From an uncultured virus (IMG/VR IMGVR_UViG_3300049783_000823) (taxonomy: Duplodnaviria; Heunggongvirae; Uroviricota; Caudoviricetes), in the IMG/VR virus record IMGVR_UViG_3300049783_000823: a DNA stretch of 64,000 nucleotides; one strand, given 5' to 3'. The notes under the pieces are model-generated. The model saw nothing but the letters and a program-made list of their open reading frames with translations, made no database searches and had not been told where the DNA came from. Shown one piece after another: positions 9,654 to 19,324 of this stretch (within the stretch, counting starts at the first letter, position 1; each line of letters begins with the position of its first letter). The translations under genes and the position numbers were made by a program.

Positions 9654-10241
9654 ATGATAACAATTTTATACATAATCTTAGCATACCTAATAATCACATT
9701 TGGATTAGTTGGTATTGGTTTATTCTTTAAGAAAGACTTAGGATATAAAACATTTAAAGATGGAACAGTAATCCAAAACTATGAATTACCCGACTGGTTA
9801 AAGTGGTTACAAAATCCTGAAGATAACTTAACAGGTGATAAGCGTGGTTGGTATTGGAATATCTATATGGCAGGCCGTCCTGCTTGGTGGAAGATGTTGA
9901 TATGGTCTGCTTGGAGAAACCCTTGGAATTGGTTAAAACGAATAGGAACAGGGTGTGATGTCAGAACTCATACTATTACAAAGCTATGTGGTGCCAACTA
10001 CGTTAGGGACGATTTTGATAATACTGGCTTTCAAATACTTTTAGCTAAACCAGAAAAAGGTATTACTAAACCTGCTTTATATTGGGTAAGACGTTGGGGA
10101 CAATCTAATAGAGCTATTGTTGTCCAATTAGGATGGAAAATTAAGTTAGAACATAACGGAGTTATCTATTCTGAAGAGGATAAATATGACTACTATAAAG
10201 GCTGGACGATAGAAATACAGCCAGCAAAGGATATATCATGA
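9654..10241 (+). CDS. Trp-rich membrane-anchored hypothetical protein
   Basis: N-terminal TM helix; LPDWLKWLQNPED, WRNP motifs. Confidence 0.6.
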   Translation: MITILYIILAYLIITFGLVGIGLFFKKDLGYKTFKDGTVIQNYELPDWLKWLQNPEDNLTGDKRGWYWNIYMAGRPAWWKMLIWSAWRNPWNWLKRIGTGCDVRTHTITKLCGANYVRDDFDNTGFQILLAKPEKGITKPALYWVRRWGQSNRAIVVQLGWKIKLEHNGVIYSEEDKYDYYKGWTIEIQPAKDIS

Positions 10242-10534
10242 GTTTAGGCAATAAACAAAGAGAGTTTACTCGTAAGGTGGCAGATTTAATAATCTTCGCC
10301 TATGATAACGGGTATGAGCTATCTTTTGGCGACGCTGCTAGGATGGACTTTAAAGGACATAAAGACGGATCTTTCCATTATAAAAGACTGGCAATAGACC
10401 TTAACCTATTCAAAGATGGAAAGTACTTATCAAAGACTTCTGACCATGAGCTTTTAGGAAGATATTGGGAATCAATAGGTGGCACATGGGGTGGAAGATT
10501 TAATGACGGTAATCATTACTCTTGGGGTGAATAG
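10238..10534 (+). CDS. endolysin, peptidase M15 family (copy 1)
   Basis: SFH...LAIDL...WGGRFNDGNHYS zinc ligands H/D/H. Confidence 0.85.
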   Translation: MSLGNKQREFTRKVADLIIFAYDNGYELSFGDAARMDFKGHKDGSFHYKRLAIDLNLFKDGKYLSKTSDHELLGRYWESIGGTWGGRFNDGNHYSWGE

Positions 10535-10879
10535 ATGGGTATATTCTCAAAACTACTAGGTTCAGACAAGGTCATTGATGCAGGTATTAGTGGCATAGAT
10601 TCTATCTTTTATACTGATGAAGAAAAAGCAGAGAATAAAAAAGCATTCTTAAAGTTATATGAGCCTTTCAAGGTAGCTCAACGCTATCTTGCACTAGTGT
10701 TCTCTATCCCTTATGTTATGATGGTACTTATTACTTTTATAGCTTCTTTCTTTCGGGAAGTAGAGACACAAATAGATTTACTAACAGGAGACATTGGTAC
10801 CGTAGTTGGTATCATTGTTGGTTTTTACTTTCTAGGTGGTTCTTTGAGTGGTGGATTTGGGAGAAATAAGAATGACTGA
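10535..10879 (+). CDS. holin-like protein (copy 1)
   Basis: YTDEEKA then two TM helices ending GFYFLG; adjacent to endolysin. Confidence 0.65.
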   Translation: MGIFSKLLGSDKVIDAGISGIDSIFYTDEEKAENKKAFLKLYEPFKVAQRYLALVFSIPYVMMVLITFIASFFREVETQIDLLTGDIGTVVGIIVGFYFLGGSLSGGFGRNKND

Positions 10880-11004
10880 TTATGCAGGGATGCCGCCACA
10901 AATAAAGGCCAAATTGGAGCGTTTAGTTATACCGACCAGATATTTGCGCGGTCAATAAAACAAACCGGTCTTATTCTAGAATATTACAAATACGGAGCAG
11001 AACA

Positions 11005-11376
11005 GTGAAACATCTTACTAAGTTGGAGATAAAGGAAACGAACGAAGGTTCTTATTCTTTGACAAGTCCATTCGTTGTAACGCATGACGGTATCAGGTAT
11101 AAAGTTCCAGAGGGCTTTCCTACAGACCTTGCTACAATACCCTGGCCTGTTACCGTATTCCTGCCCCAAGACGGTCCCTATAAGGCGTCAGCTGTATTCC
11201 ACGACTTCTTATTAGAAGAAATGTATGCTGGAAGACTTGATATCAGCAGGACTAAAGCTTCAAGATTGTTTTATCTTTCTCTAAGGTACGAAAAGATACC
11301 TCTTGTGAAATCGCTGGTGCTGTATAGCGGTGTTCGTTTGAAAGATTTACAAAAGTATATTGAAAAGAAATTATAA
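11005..11376 (+). CDS. DUF1353-like protein
   Basis: VPEGFPTDLATIP...ASAVFHDFL...YSGVR. Confidence 0.75.
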   Translation: MKHLTKLEIKETNEGSYSLTSPFVVTHDGIRYKVPEGFPTDLATIPWPVTVFLPQDGPYKASAVFHDFLLEEMYAGRLDISRTKASRLFYLSLRYEKIPLVKSLVLYSGVRLKDLQKYIEKKL

Positions 11377-11388
11377 AAGAGGTAACTT

Positions 11389-11862
11389 GTGATTGTAATA
11401 TGCGATGACGATAGTTTCGAAAGAGACAACTTAGAGAGATCTCTAAGAAAGATTACAGATATTGACCACATAATCCAAACGTCATCTTGTCACGAGCTGA
11501 TTGGTGTGTTGAGAGAGCACAAAAGCAATGGGAAATTCCCTAAGGTTGTTTTTGTTGATACTTTAATGATAGGGACAAACGGTATTGATTGCATGAAACT
11601 CATCAGTCAAGAATTCCCTCCTTTCCCTCTAGTGGCAGTCTGTGGCGGTGCGACACCTGCTCATATTGCTCATGCCTTTCGTGCAAACGCGAACGTATGC
11701 ATTGAGAAGCCGTATGATTCAGCAGGATGGGATCCATTTGTGGAAAGTATAACCAGGTTGCTACTTCAAACACACCCTGAGTGGTCAGATAGGAGAAGAG
11801 GAAGAGATGCAGAACCAAGAGATGAGTGTGATACGGCTAATTGTCGAAACAATGAACGATGA
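11389..11862 (+). CDS. stand-alone CheY-like receiver domain protein
   Basis: IVICDDD, VVFVD phospho-acceptor, NGIDCM, EKP lysine. Confidence 0.8.
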   Translation: MIVICDDDSFERDNLERSLRKITDIDHIIQTSSCHELIGVLREHKSNGKFPKVVFVDTLMIGTNGIDCMKLISQEFPPFPLVAVCGGATPAHIAHAFRANANVCIEKPYDSAGWDPFVESITRLLLQTHPEWSDRRRGRDAEPRDECDTANCRNNER

Positions 11863-12265
11863 GTTAGGCGATTGGCCTGTATACGCACCCGCTATTATTA
11901 TTATAGGTGCTGTAGTCTGGAAGGGTGTAAAAGGGATTCACAGGTACATAGCACCGTATAGACGCAGGATTGTTTCATCAGGCAAAGAGAAGCTCGCCGG
12001 AATGGCATCTGCGTACATATACAAGCACATGGAGTCAGAAGTTATGAACACATTAGCTAAAGAACTTAAAGCTATTGAAGTAGATATGGTAGCAAATACA
12101 AATAGCATTGAACTGTTGGTTAATGAGCAGATAGCTATGAAACAGCAGCTGCATTACGTGCAATCTCGCTTAGATGAGCGTATTGAGTGCATAGACGGTA
12201 AACTCACTGAGATACTTTCACTTGTAACCGTGCGTGTAGATCAGATAGGGGAGCCAGATGGTTGA
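11852..12265 (+). CDS. single-TM coiled-coil protein
   Basis: APAIIIIGAVVW TM then heptad-like helix; ORF 11807..12265, start uncertain. Confidence 0.55.
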   Translation: MNDELGDWPVYAPAIIIIGAVVWKGVKGIHRYIAPYRRRIVSSGKEKLAGMASAYIYKHMESEVMNTLAKELKAIEVDMVANTNSIELLVNEQIAMKQQLHYVQSRLDERIECIDGKLTEILSLVTVRVDQIGEPDG

Positions 12266-12515
12266 TCTAGTATCAGACCAAATTGAGATATCTTATGCAG
12301 AGTCCACAGCAGGTTGGTCTGGAGACTCTTTTGCCTTAGAGAACGAGATCAAAGCGCAGGGTGATCAACTGATAAAGATCTATCAAATATTAGGTATGGA
12401 TCCAACAAAACCGCTGGTGGTGAACGATAACACGAACAGCCGGTCAGCCGGTGAAATCGTACAATCTGTTATCACAGCAGGCGGCGTCACAACAGTAACA
12501 AGGACAGATATATGA
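12258..12515 (+). CDS. hypothetical protein
   Basis: GGGGAG RBS; coupled ORF. Confidence 0.5.
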   Translation: MVDLVSDQIEISYAESTAGWSGDSFALENEIKAQGDQLIKIYQILGMDPTKPLVVNDNTNSRSAGEIVQSVITAGGVTTVTRTDI

Positions 12516-12688
12516 GTTCAAGAGTAATTGCCGTCGATGGCGTCGGCTCGGGGAATAGACCTATAGCTACACGTGGCCTATCCTTCCCGATTGAGGCTCT
12601 ACAAGAAGTGATCAAGAAACAGAAACAAATGGCAGTAAAACCACCGGAAGCTTATATAGTAAGAAGCTTCTCCCGTTACAACAAATAA
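12512..12688 (+). CDS. 58-aa hypothetical protein (MSSRVIAVDGVGSG...), below track cutoff
   Basis: ATGA overlap with previous stop; open to TAA 12686-12688. Confidence 0.5.
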   Translation: MSSRVIAVDGVGSGNRPIATRGLSFPIEALQEVIKKQKQMAVKPPEAYIVRSFSRYNK

Positions 12689-12704
12689 ATGAATAGGTAA
12701 GAAT

Positions 12705-13007
12705 ATGACTAAAATAAATGCACCTAAAGCGCCTGAAGGCATGGTTGTCCAAGATGATCCGCAAATTCCTGAAGAGAATCCTCAATTCTCTCAAGAAGCG
12801 CCTGCAGAAGAGGCAACAGAGTTTGAACCTGAAGGTTTAAAAGTTGCTAAGCATGTAAAAGGCCCTCGTCTTGAAGCTCAAGACAAAGCTCCTTATTACT
12901 GGCAGGTAAAGCGAGAGGCTGGCAATAATATCTCTGCAGTAAACTCTTCAACAGGGTCAACATTCTCAGGCCCACACAAAGAGCTGTCTGAATACTTTAG
13001 AAGCTAG
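12705..13007 (+). CDS. hypothetical protein upstream of portal
   Basis: ORF with acidic Pro-rich N-terminus. Confidence 0.6.
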   Translation: MTKINAPKAPEGMVVQDDPQIPEENPQFSQEAPAEEATEFEPEGLKVAKHVKGPRLEAQDKAPYYWQVKREAGNNISAVNSSTGSTFSGPHKELSEYFRS

Positions 13008-13016
13008 GAGTAGAAC

Positions 13017-14597
13017 ATGGGCGTATCAAATGCCACTCAAAAAGGGCGCACGGTAGAAGATCCTAATGCTAAGTATGAGTCTATGCGCGGACTTTGGGCG
13101 AGAAGTCGAGCAGTCTGTAGCGGTGAACGATTTGTTAAAGAGTACGATGCTTTTATAGATGTTAATCAGTTCACTAACTTGTTGATACCTTTCTCGCCAA
13201 CAATGACGCAAGAGCAGTTCAACTTCTTCAAAGCTGAAGCGGAACTACCAGGTGTTGTGTCACAGTACGCTCATATTTTAGTTGGTGGGTTACTAAGGAA
13301 ACAGCCACAACTGGTGCTTCCTGACGATGTACCTGAGGGTGCGCTTGACTGGATAATGACTTCTTTCGCACAAGACGGCTCGCCTTTGACTTCTTTCTTA
13401 GATGACGTCCTATGGGAAGAAATGCAGACAAGCCGTGCGTGGGTGTTTGTGGACTATCCTGTGATTAAGTCTAGAGGTGATTACGTCACTAACGACTTCA
13501 AAGAGCTTAAGCCGTACCCTGTTTTTATGAAAGCTGAATCTATCATAAACTGGAGAATGGCGCTCGATGATGCCACTGGCGTTCAAAAGCTTACGCAAGT
13601 CATCGTTCGCGACTTTGAAGAGACTCTTCTAGAAGGTGACTTCCACCCAACAATGATTGACACTGTATGGGTTCATGAGATAGTCAACGGTTTCTACCAG
13701 ATAAGGAAGTACCAGAAGAAGGATGAAGATTCGTCTGTACCTGTGGCTAACGGGCAAACACAACAGAATTATAGTGTGGGCAATAGTGCGGTAGCAGGTA
13801 ATGGTACCGACTTCGAGTTTGTGGAAACTATCGATGACATCGAGTCAAACGGTGAGAGGCTTACAAGGATTCCAGCGTGGCCATTGAATGGTAGCGTAGA
13901 ACTAATTGAGCCGATCCTTACGCCTCTTATTGATAGGGAAATAAACCTTTACAATAAGGTAAGCAGAAGGAACCATCTCCTATATGGGGCTGCGACTTAC
14001 ACACCAGTTATTGCATCTGACATGGATGACGATAGTTTTGAAAAGATCGTATCTGCAGGGTTAGGCTCTTGGCTCAAACTAAGCCAAGGTGATACAGCTA
14101 CAATCCTGGACACACCCACGGATGCTCTGTCAGATATGGATAGAGCTATCGCTGCCACCTTAGAAGAGATGGGTAAGATGGGCATAAGGATGCTTGCCCC
14201 TGAGAGTGCTCAATCAGGTGTTGCTTTAGAGATCCGAAATGCGGCTCAAACGGCACAGCTTGGTACTCTTAATACTAAGATAAGTAACCAGATGGCTGAT
14301 ATTATTGCTTTCATGATTAACTGGAGGTATGGCACAGAGTACGCGGCAACTGACATCGAATTTAATCTGTCAGCTGACTTCAACCCAGCGCCAATAGGGG
14401 CTGATTGGTTACGATTGGTAACCGAGTGGTATGAATCAGGGTTAATACCTCGTAAGGCTTGGTTGCAAATAGTTAAACAAAATGACATATTGTCGCCTGA
14501 TTATGACGATGAAACTGCGCAGGAAGAGATAACCGCTGATGAAATCATTAATGGTAAAGAAGATGAAGATCTTGATGAGATCGATCTAAACAACTAA
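13017..14597 (+). CDS. portal protein (DUF4055-like)
   Basis: 526 aa; RAWVFVDYP, ESIINW, SGVALEIR, acidic tail; precedes MuF gene. Confidence 0.85.
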   Translation: MGVSNATQKGRTVEDPNAKYESMRGLWARSRAVCSGERFVKEYDAFIDVNQFTNLLIPFSPTMTQEQFNFFKAEAELPGVVSQYAHILVGGLLRKQPQLVLPDDVPEGALDWIMTSFAQDGSPLTSFLDDVLWEEMQTSRAWVFVDYPVIKSRGDYVTNDFKELKPYPVFMKAESIINWRMALDDATGVQKLTQVIVRDFEETLLEGDFHPTMIDTVWVHEIVNGFYQIRKYQKKDEDSSVPVANGQTQQNYSVGNSAVAGNGTDFEFVETIDDIESNGERLTRIPAWPLNGSVELIEPILTPLIDREINLYNKVSRRNHLLYGAATYTPVIASDMDDDSFEKIVSAGLGSWLKLSQGDTATILDTPTDALSDMDRAIAATLEEMGKMGIRMLAPESAQSGVALEIRNAAQTAQLGTLNTKISNQMADIIAFMINWRYGTEYAATDIEFNLSADFNPAPIGADWLRLVTEWYESGLIPRKAWLQIVKQNDILSPDYDDETAQEEITADEIINGKEDEDLDEIDLNN

Positions 14598-14607
14598 GAG
14601 GTTAAGC

Positions 14608-17600
14608 ATGGTAAACGTAACAACTGACATTTATGACAAATCTGTAAACAGGTCTGCAATGGTCAGACTATATGAAAAGAGAGTCGTATCTAAGGTGGAC
14701 TTACTTTTGTCAGAGCATAAAGCCCGCGTTGTGAAGCTTATAGAGGGAGGCCGCTTAGATAGAAAAGGGGCGGCTCTCCTGAATAAGTCAATAGAGCGTG
14801 AAATAAAGAATTCATTTAAGCAAATATATGGTACAGCCTCAAGGTCTTTATTAGATCTTGTCGCTGACCAGACCTCTTATATGTATCAAAGCATTGAATC
14901 AGCAACTTCTAAGATATGGAGAGCTAAGAAGCCTCCGCTTAGGGTGTCTGAGGATATAGTGCTTAAGAAGCCTTTGTACAAAAATAAGACGCTCTTAAAA
15001 GGGTGGGAAGGCGTAAGCACAGGAGAGCGTAAGCGTATCTCAGCCGTAATAAGAAGAGGTATTTCAAAAGGCTGGACTGAAGCTGAGCTTGCCAAAGAAG
15101 TAAGACGTGGCAGTGTGTTTAAGATAACGAGAAATCAATCTAGAACATTAGTCACTACAGCTATAACATCCGTTAAGGCTCAAACAGATCATGCTGTGTA
15201 TGAGGCAAACGAAAATCTGATGAGAGGCTGGCAATATGTCTCCGTACTAGATTCTCGGACTACAAGTGTCTGTGTCCATAGGGATGGAAAAGTCTATCCT
15301 ATTTCTGAAACAGAGATGCTTCCACCTGCCCACTATGGTTGCAGGTCGGTGACAATTCCTGTGGTTAAGTCATATGATGATTTAGCCAAGATGGAAGGTG
15401 TTGCCCAGATACGGAAAAGAAACTTAAAAGACCTAACAGCTAAGGAGATTAGCTATTATGATGGTCAGACACCTTTAAAGGAAACATATGATGGATGGCT
15501 TAGGCGACAACCTGTTAACGTTCAACTCAGACACTTGGGAGACTCATCTAGACTGGCACTGTTCAGGTCAGGACAACTTACTATTGATAAGTTCACTAAT
15601 AGTTCTGGCAAATCGGTCGGCATTAAAGAGCTACGAAGAATCACAGACTCAGGATATGATGTCCCAGGACAGACTCGGCGGTTTGCGATGGCCAAGCAGC
15701 ACCTTGATTCTCTTAAATTGACCGCGAATTACCCAGATGAGCTAGTTCATGATAAAGCATTAAGGAAAAGCCTTCGAGAGTACTACCTGCTACAAGCGGG
15801 TGAGCTTGACGGTCAACTGTCGTTGACTAACTATCGTGGCACATTGATGAGTAGCAAAAGAAGCACAAAAACAAGAGTCCTGTCTTCACCTCCCACGGAA
15901 GAGAATTTAAAGTTCAATCCAATAACAGGCAGGTACGAAGACGCGAGACTGTACCAACCGCATCCAGGCGTTCTGGAAAACTCTTACAAATTGATAGATG
16001 AATCAATACTCCCTGATGGCGATAAGCTGTTCATAAAGGGTATCGTTGGAGACCTTAGAGATAAGATGGGCGTAAATGAAAGAGCTGCTGTGGCGGAGAA
16101 CCTTAGAATTGTACTAACACGTGCAAGGAAAGATGGAAAGCCTTGGGCAAATCTCAAAGCTGTCTTGAATGCTCAGATGAAGTTTGATGTTATGAATGTA
16201 TCAGATTACATGGAAACGCAATTAAGGAAGAATTCTAAGCTTCTCCACAGGTTGAAACAAGATAACTATATTGACCCAGTACTAGGTGAAGTGCAATTGC
16301 AAGACTTGCATGATAACTTCATTAAGAATATATTCGCTAAAAATAAATGGGAAGATACGGTGGCTCCTAAGATTGCAAAACAACTTAGAGGTATATTGGA
16401 TCTTAAGATTCCACTGAAAGTCAGAAACAGGCTAGACAACGAACAGCTGCAAGAGTTCTATCTAAGGTTTGCCAATAGGCTTGCCCTTGCTGATTCTCCT
16501 GATAGAGATCAGTTAGCTGTTACGCTTGGGCGTGACTTATATAACATGGCCAACTACCGAGGGTCGCGAGATCAGTGGTATAAGCTAGGGTTGAAGTTAC
16601 TTGATGAAGCAGATTCAAAAGGTATCTTCAAATTAGAGACGTTCGGCGTACAGAAAAGACGAATGAAGAGTAGGTTAGGGAGTCATTACTTCGGACCTTA
16701 CTATGACACATTCGCAGTAAATCTCAGGATTGTAGACCCTCGTATACAGGAGTACGCCAGACTTACGAGACAAGTTGATGTGGGCTTAAGGGTAGCAGTT
16801 ACAAACCCTAAGAATAGATTAATTATTCGCCCAGGTTATAAGACATACTTTGTCGATCGAGGGCTTTTGGGTTACAAAGATACACGCATTCCTATCACTT
16901 CAACAAACTCTTTTTCAGGGTTTCCAACTGAGCTGGTGGACAAAAACCTGTCTACTGCACTTAACTGGGCGGCAGACAGTAAGTACAAAATTGATGAAGA
17001 CTTTCATGACTTTATTAAGAAGTTGATTAACTTTGAAGATGATAGAGGGAGAGCAAAATACTTCCACGATCTTAATGAGTATAGATCGTATATCATTGAA
17101 AGAGGAGATGCCTACGAGAGATTCAAGGCGATGGACTGGTTAAGAGATGGCAACAAAGCGTTCTCCAATCATAGCTTCGTAGATCATCGGGCTAGGATAT
17201 ATGAGCGCGGTTTAATCGGCCCTCAATCAGGAGAGACATTTCGCCCTTTCTTGAACAGTGCTGAAAGTAAACTATTTTCCAAAGATGGCTTCCATGATTT
17301 TGAAGACCAGATAGGGGCTTTCCTTGGCGGTCTCTCGGATAAGCTGGAGGGCAAACACAACTCTCTAACAGTCTTGGGGCGAAAAGCGATCGCCCATGAG
17401 TGGAGGGATGAGATGGTGAAAATCGGCCAGCACATGCTCAGAGGCAAGCCCTCAGACGTCCGTGCGGTGCTCCAGTCGAAATTCATGGCCCAAATTGAAG
17501 GTGAAGAGCAAGGAAAGGCACTACGGTATGCAATCGAGCTGGCTAAGATTTCTGATCACTTAGATGGGAACTTTTCAAGCGTAAACTTAGAGAAGCTTAA

Positions 17601-19089
17601 CAAATATAAAATATCAGTCGCATTAGAGCAAGATGCTTCCTCAAGTGGTGCTCAGATCATTGCGTTAACAACCAAAAATAAACAGCTAGCTGAGATGTCT
17701 AATGTTGTAGCTACAAATCAAAAGAGAAGACTCTATGATGAAATTGCTGCAGCTACATTTAACGACCCTAGATTCAGGGAACTTAATCTTAAGTTAGGCT
17801 TAACTGAGAAGGATCTACGAAAAGCAGCCAAGGCTCAAAACATGGTTACATTCTATGGGGCTGGAGATAAGACAGGCATACTGAACGTTGAGAATAAGCT
17901 TGCTAAGGTATTAGGGAGAGACACTAATGTCTTGGTCGTAAAAGCTGCGGAGCGTGATGCTGTTTTGAACGAGATATCAGCCAGGATGGCAAAGTATACA
18001 GACCTTGACCCTGTCATGCATGATGAGCTTAAAGCCTTACGCAAGGATATCAAAGACATCTTTGATCGTGGGGAAGTTCCAGGTGATGATATAATGAGAC
18101 AGTTATTCTTTCTTGACCCGAAGACAAAAGATTTCGTGGAGAAGATGACTAGGAATTACGGCAAAGTGATAACACCGAAAGACTTCCAAACAATAGCGAA
18201 TATTATGTCAGAGAATTTGGCTACACAAGTCCCTATCTTAAAGGATTTTACCAAGTTCTTCGGTCGTTTAGCTGAGGATTTTGTCACATACGCTGACCCT
18301 CAAAAGAGTTCAAAGTCTCTTGCTGCATTCCTTGAGATGCAGGCTAATGGTGTACGTAAGAAGCGCCCTCCTGAATTCCTTGAGCGTTTTAAGTTCTGGG
18401 ATCCAAATGGTTCGCTTTCTAAGCTTATCTACGGAGTGCCTGATAATAAGCTTCCGAAGAGTTGGACCAATATACCTTGGGTTAACTTTGATGGCAAAAC
18501 TATCGAGCAAAATTTCACGCAAGTATTTGAGCAGAGATTGAGCTACAAAGACAAAGAAGGGAAATGGATAACCAATATACTTCAAGTTCCGCAAAAGACA
18601 GATCCCTCTTTTTGGGATGAAGTTCGTAATAAAACAGGGACTATTAATGACATCGTTGATGCTCAAAAGGCTAGGACAGCTTTTGCGGTGAACGGTAACC
18701 ATTCTAATGACGCTGTTATTGTGAAGCGTTTTCACCTTTGGGGACAGAAGAATGGTGTGCAAACATCTACAATTCATGATGCGTTTTTCACTAATGCAGC
18801 GGATGTTGTGAAAGCTAAAGAAGGCATTCGTAAGACTTATTCAGAAATGGCTAAGACTAATACGATCAAAGCTACTCTGGATGAAATGCGTAGAAGAGGT
18901 CTGCCTAAAAATCTTTATGATAGCTATTTGAATGAGGCCATTGAAACTGGGTTGATACCTGTTGTGGGAAGGTCTAGGGTAGGGGGTAGGCTATTAACTG
19001 ATTCTGACATACTCACACCTGAAGAGATCCTTGACAAGGTTCCAACTGATTACAAGAGCAATCGCAGTTGGTATGGAATCGGTCAATAG
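14608..19089 (+). CDS. MuF/SPP1-gp7 head morphogenesis protein fused to a T7-like single-subunit RNA polymerase (candidate virion RNAP)
   Basis: N-terminal WQYVSVLDSRTTSVC...PPAHYGCRS; C-terminal DHRARIY, EQDASSSGAQ (A), RKAAKAQNMVTFYG (B), TIHDAF (C). Confidence 0.9.
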   Translation: MVNVTTDIYDKSVNRSAMVRLYEKRVVSKVDLLLSEHKARVVKLIEGGRLDRKGAALLNKSIEREIKNSFKQIYGTASRSLLDLVADQTSYMYQSIESATSKIWRAKKPPLRVSEDIVLKKPLYKNKTLLKGWEGVSTGERKRISAVIRRGISKGWTEAELAKEVRRGSVFKITRNQSRTLVTTAITSVKAQTDHAVYEANENLMRGWQYVSVLDSRTTSVCVHRDGKVYPISETEMLPPAHYGCRSVTIPVVKSYDDLAKMEGVAQIRKRNLKDLTAKEISYYDGQTPLKETYDGWLRRQPVNVQLRHLGDSSRLALFRSGQLTIDKFTNSSGKSVGIKELRRITDSGYDVPGQTRRFAMAKQHLDSLKLTANYPDELVHDKALRKSLREYYLLQAGELDGQLSLTNYRGTLMSSKRSTKTRVLSSPPTEENLKFNPITGRYEDARLYQPHPGVLENSYKLIDESILPDGDKLFIKGIVGDLRDKMGVNERAAVAENLRIVLTRARKDGKPWANLKAVLNAQMKFDVMNVSDYMETQLRKNSKLLHRLKQDNYIDPVLGEVQLQDLHDNFIKNIFAKNKWEDTVAPKIAKQLRGILDLKIPLKVRNRLDNEQLQEFYLRFANRLALADSPDRDQLAVTLGRDLYNMANYRGSRDQWYKLGLKLLDEADSKGIFKLETFGVQKRRMKSRLGSHYFGPYYDTFAVNLRIVDPRIQEYARLTRQVDVGLRVAVTNPKNRLIIRPGYKTYFVDRGLLGYKDTRIPITSTNSFSGFPTELVDKNLSTALNWAADSKYKIDEDFHDFIKKLINFEDDRGRAKYFHDLNEYRSYIIERGDAYERFKAMDWLRDGNKAFSNHSFVDHRARIYERGLIGPQSGETFRPFLNSAESKLFSKDGFHDFEDQIGAFLGGLSDKLEGKHNSLTVLGRKAIAHEWRDEMVKIGQHMLRGKPSDVRAVLQSKFMAQIEGEEQGKALRYAIELAKISDHLDGNFSSVNLEKLNKYKISVALEQDASSSGAQIIALTTKNKQLAEMSNVVATNQKRRLYDEIAAATFNDPRFRELNLKLGLTEKDLRKAAKAQNMVTFYGAGDKTGILNVENKLAKVLGRDTNVLVVKAAERDAVLNEISARMAKYTDLDPVMHDELKALRKDIKDIFDRGEVPGDDIMRQLFFLDPKTKDFVEKMTRNYGKVITPKDFQTIANIMSENLATQVPILKDFTKFFGRLAEDFVTYADPQKSSKSLAAFLEMQANGVRKKRPPEFLERFKFWDPNGSLSKLIYGVPDNKLPKSWTNIPWVNFDGKTIEQNFTQVFEQRLSYKDKEGKWITNILQVPQKTDPSFWDEVRNKTGTINDIVDAQKARTAFAVNGNHSNDAVIVKRFHLWGQKNGVQTSTIHDAFFTNAADVVKAKEGIRKTYSEMAKTNTIKATLDEMRRRGLPKNLYDSYLNEAIETGLIPVVGRSRVGGRLLTDSDILTPEEILDKVPTDYKSNRSWYGIGQ

Positions 19090-19114
19090 ATTCTGATAGG
19101 TTGCAGCATTAGCC

Positions 19115-19149
19115 AACCCGTTAAATTAACCCAGGCCGGTCCCCCCCCC
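19115..19149 (+). promoter_or_regulatory. class I promoter upstream of scaffold/capsid
   Basis: AACCCGTTAAATTAACCC then GCCGGT and a C run, as at 2239. Confidence 0.7.
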
Positions 19150-19324
19150 GTATATCATATGAGTGATATAGGTGGCCCTAGGTGACCTAGGTCGTAGATA
19201 GTTCTTAATTATATAATATATAATATTATAAACAAACATACTACATACGTTGTATTTGTGTAGTCAACAATTTCGTGGAGCCGTGCTCTACTTAAAAAAC
19301 AAGGCCGTGCCTTAAGGAAATAAA

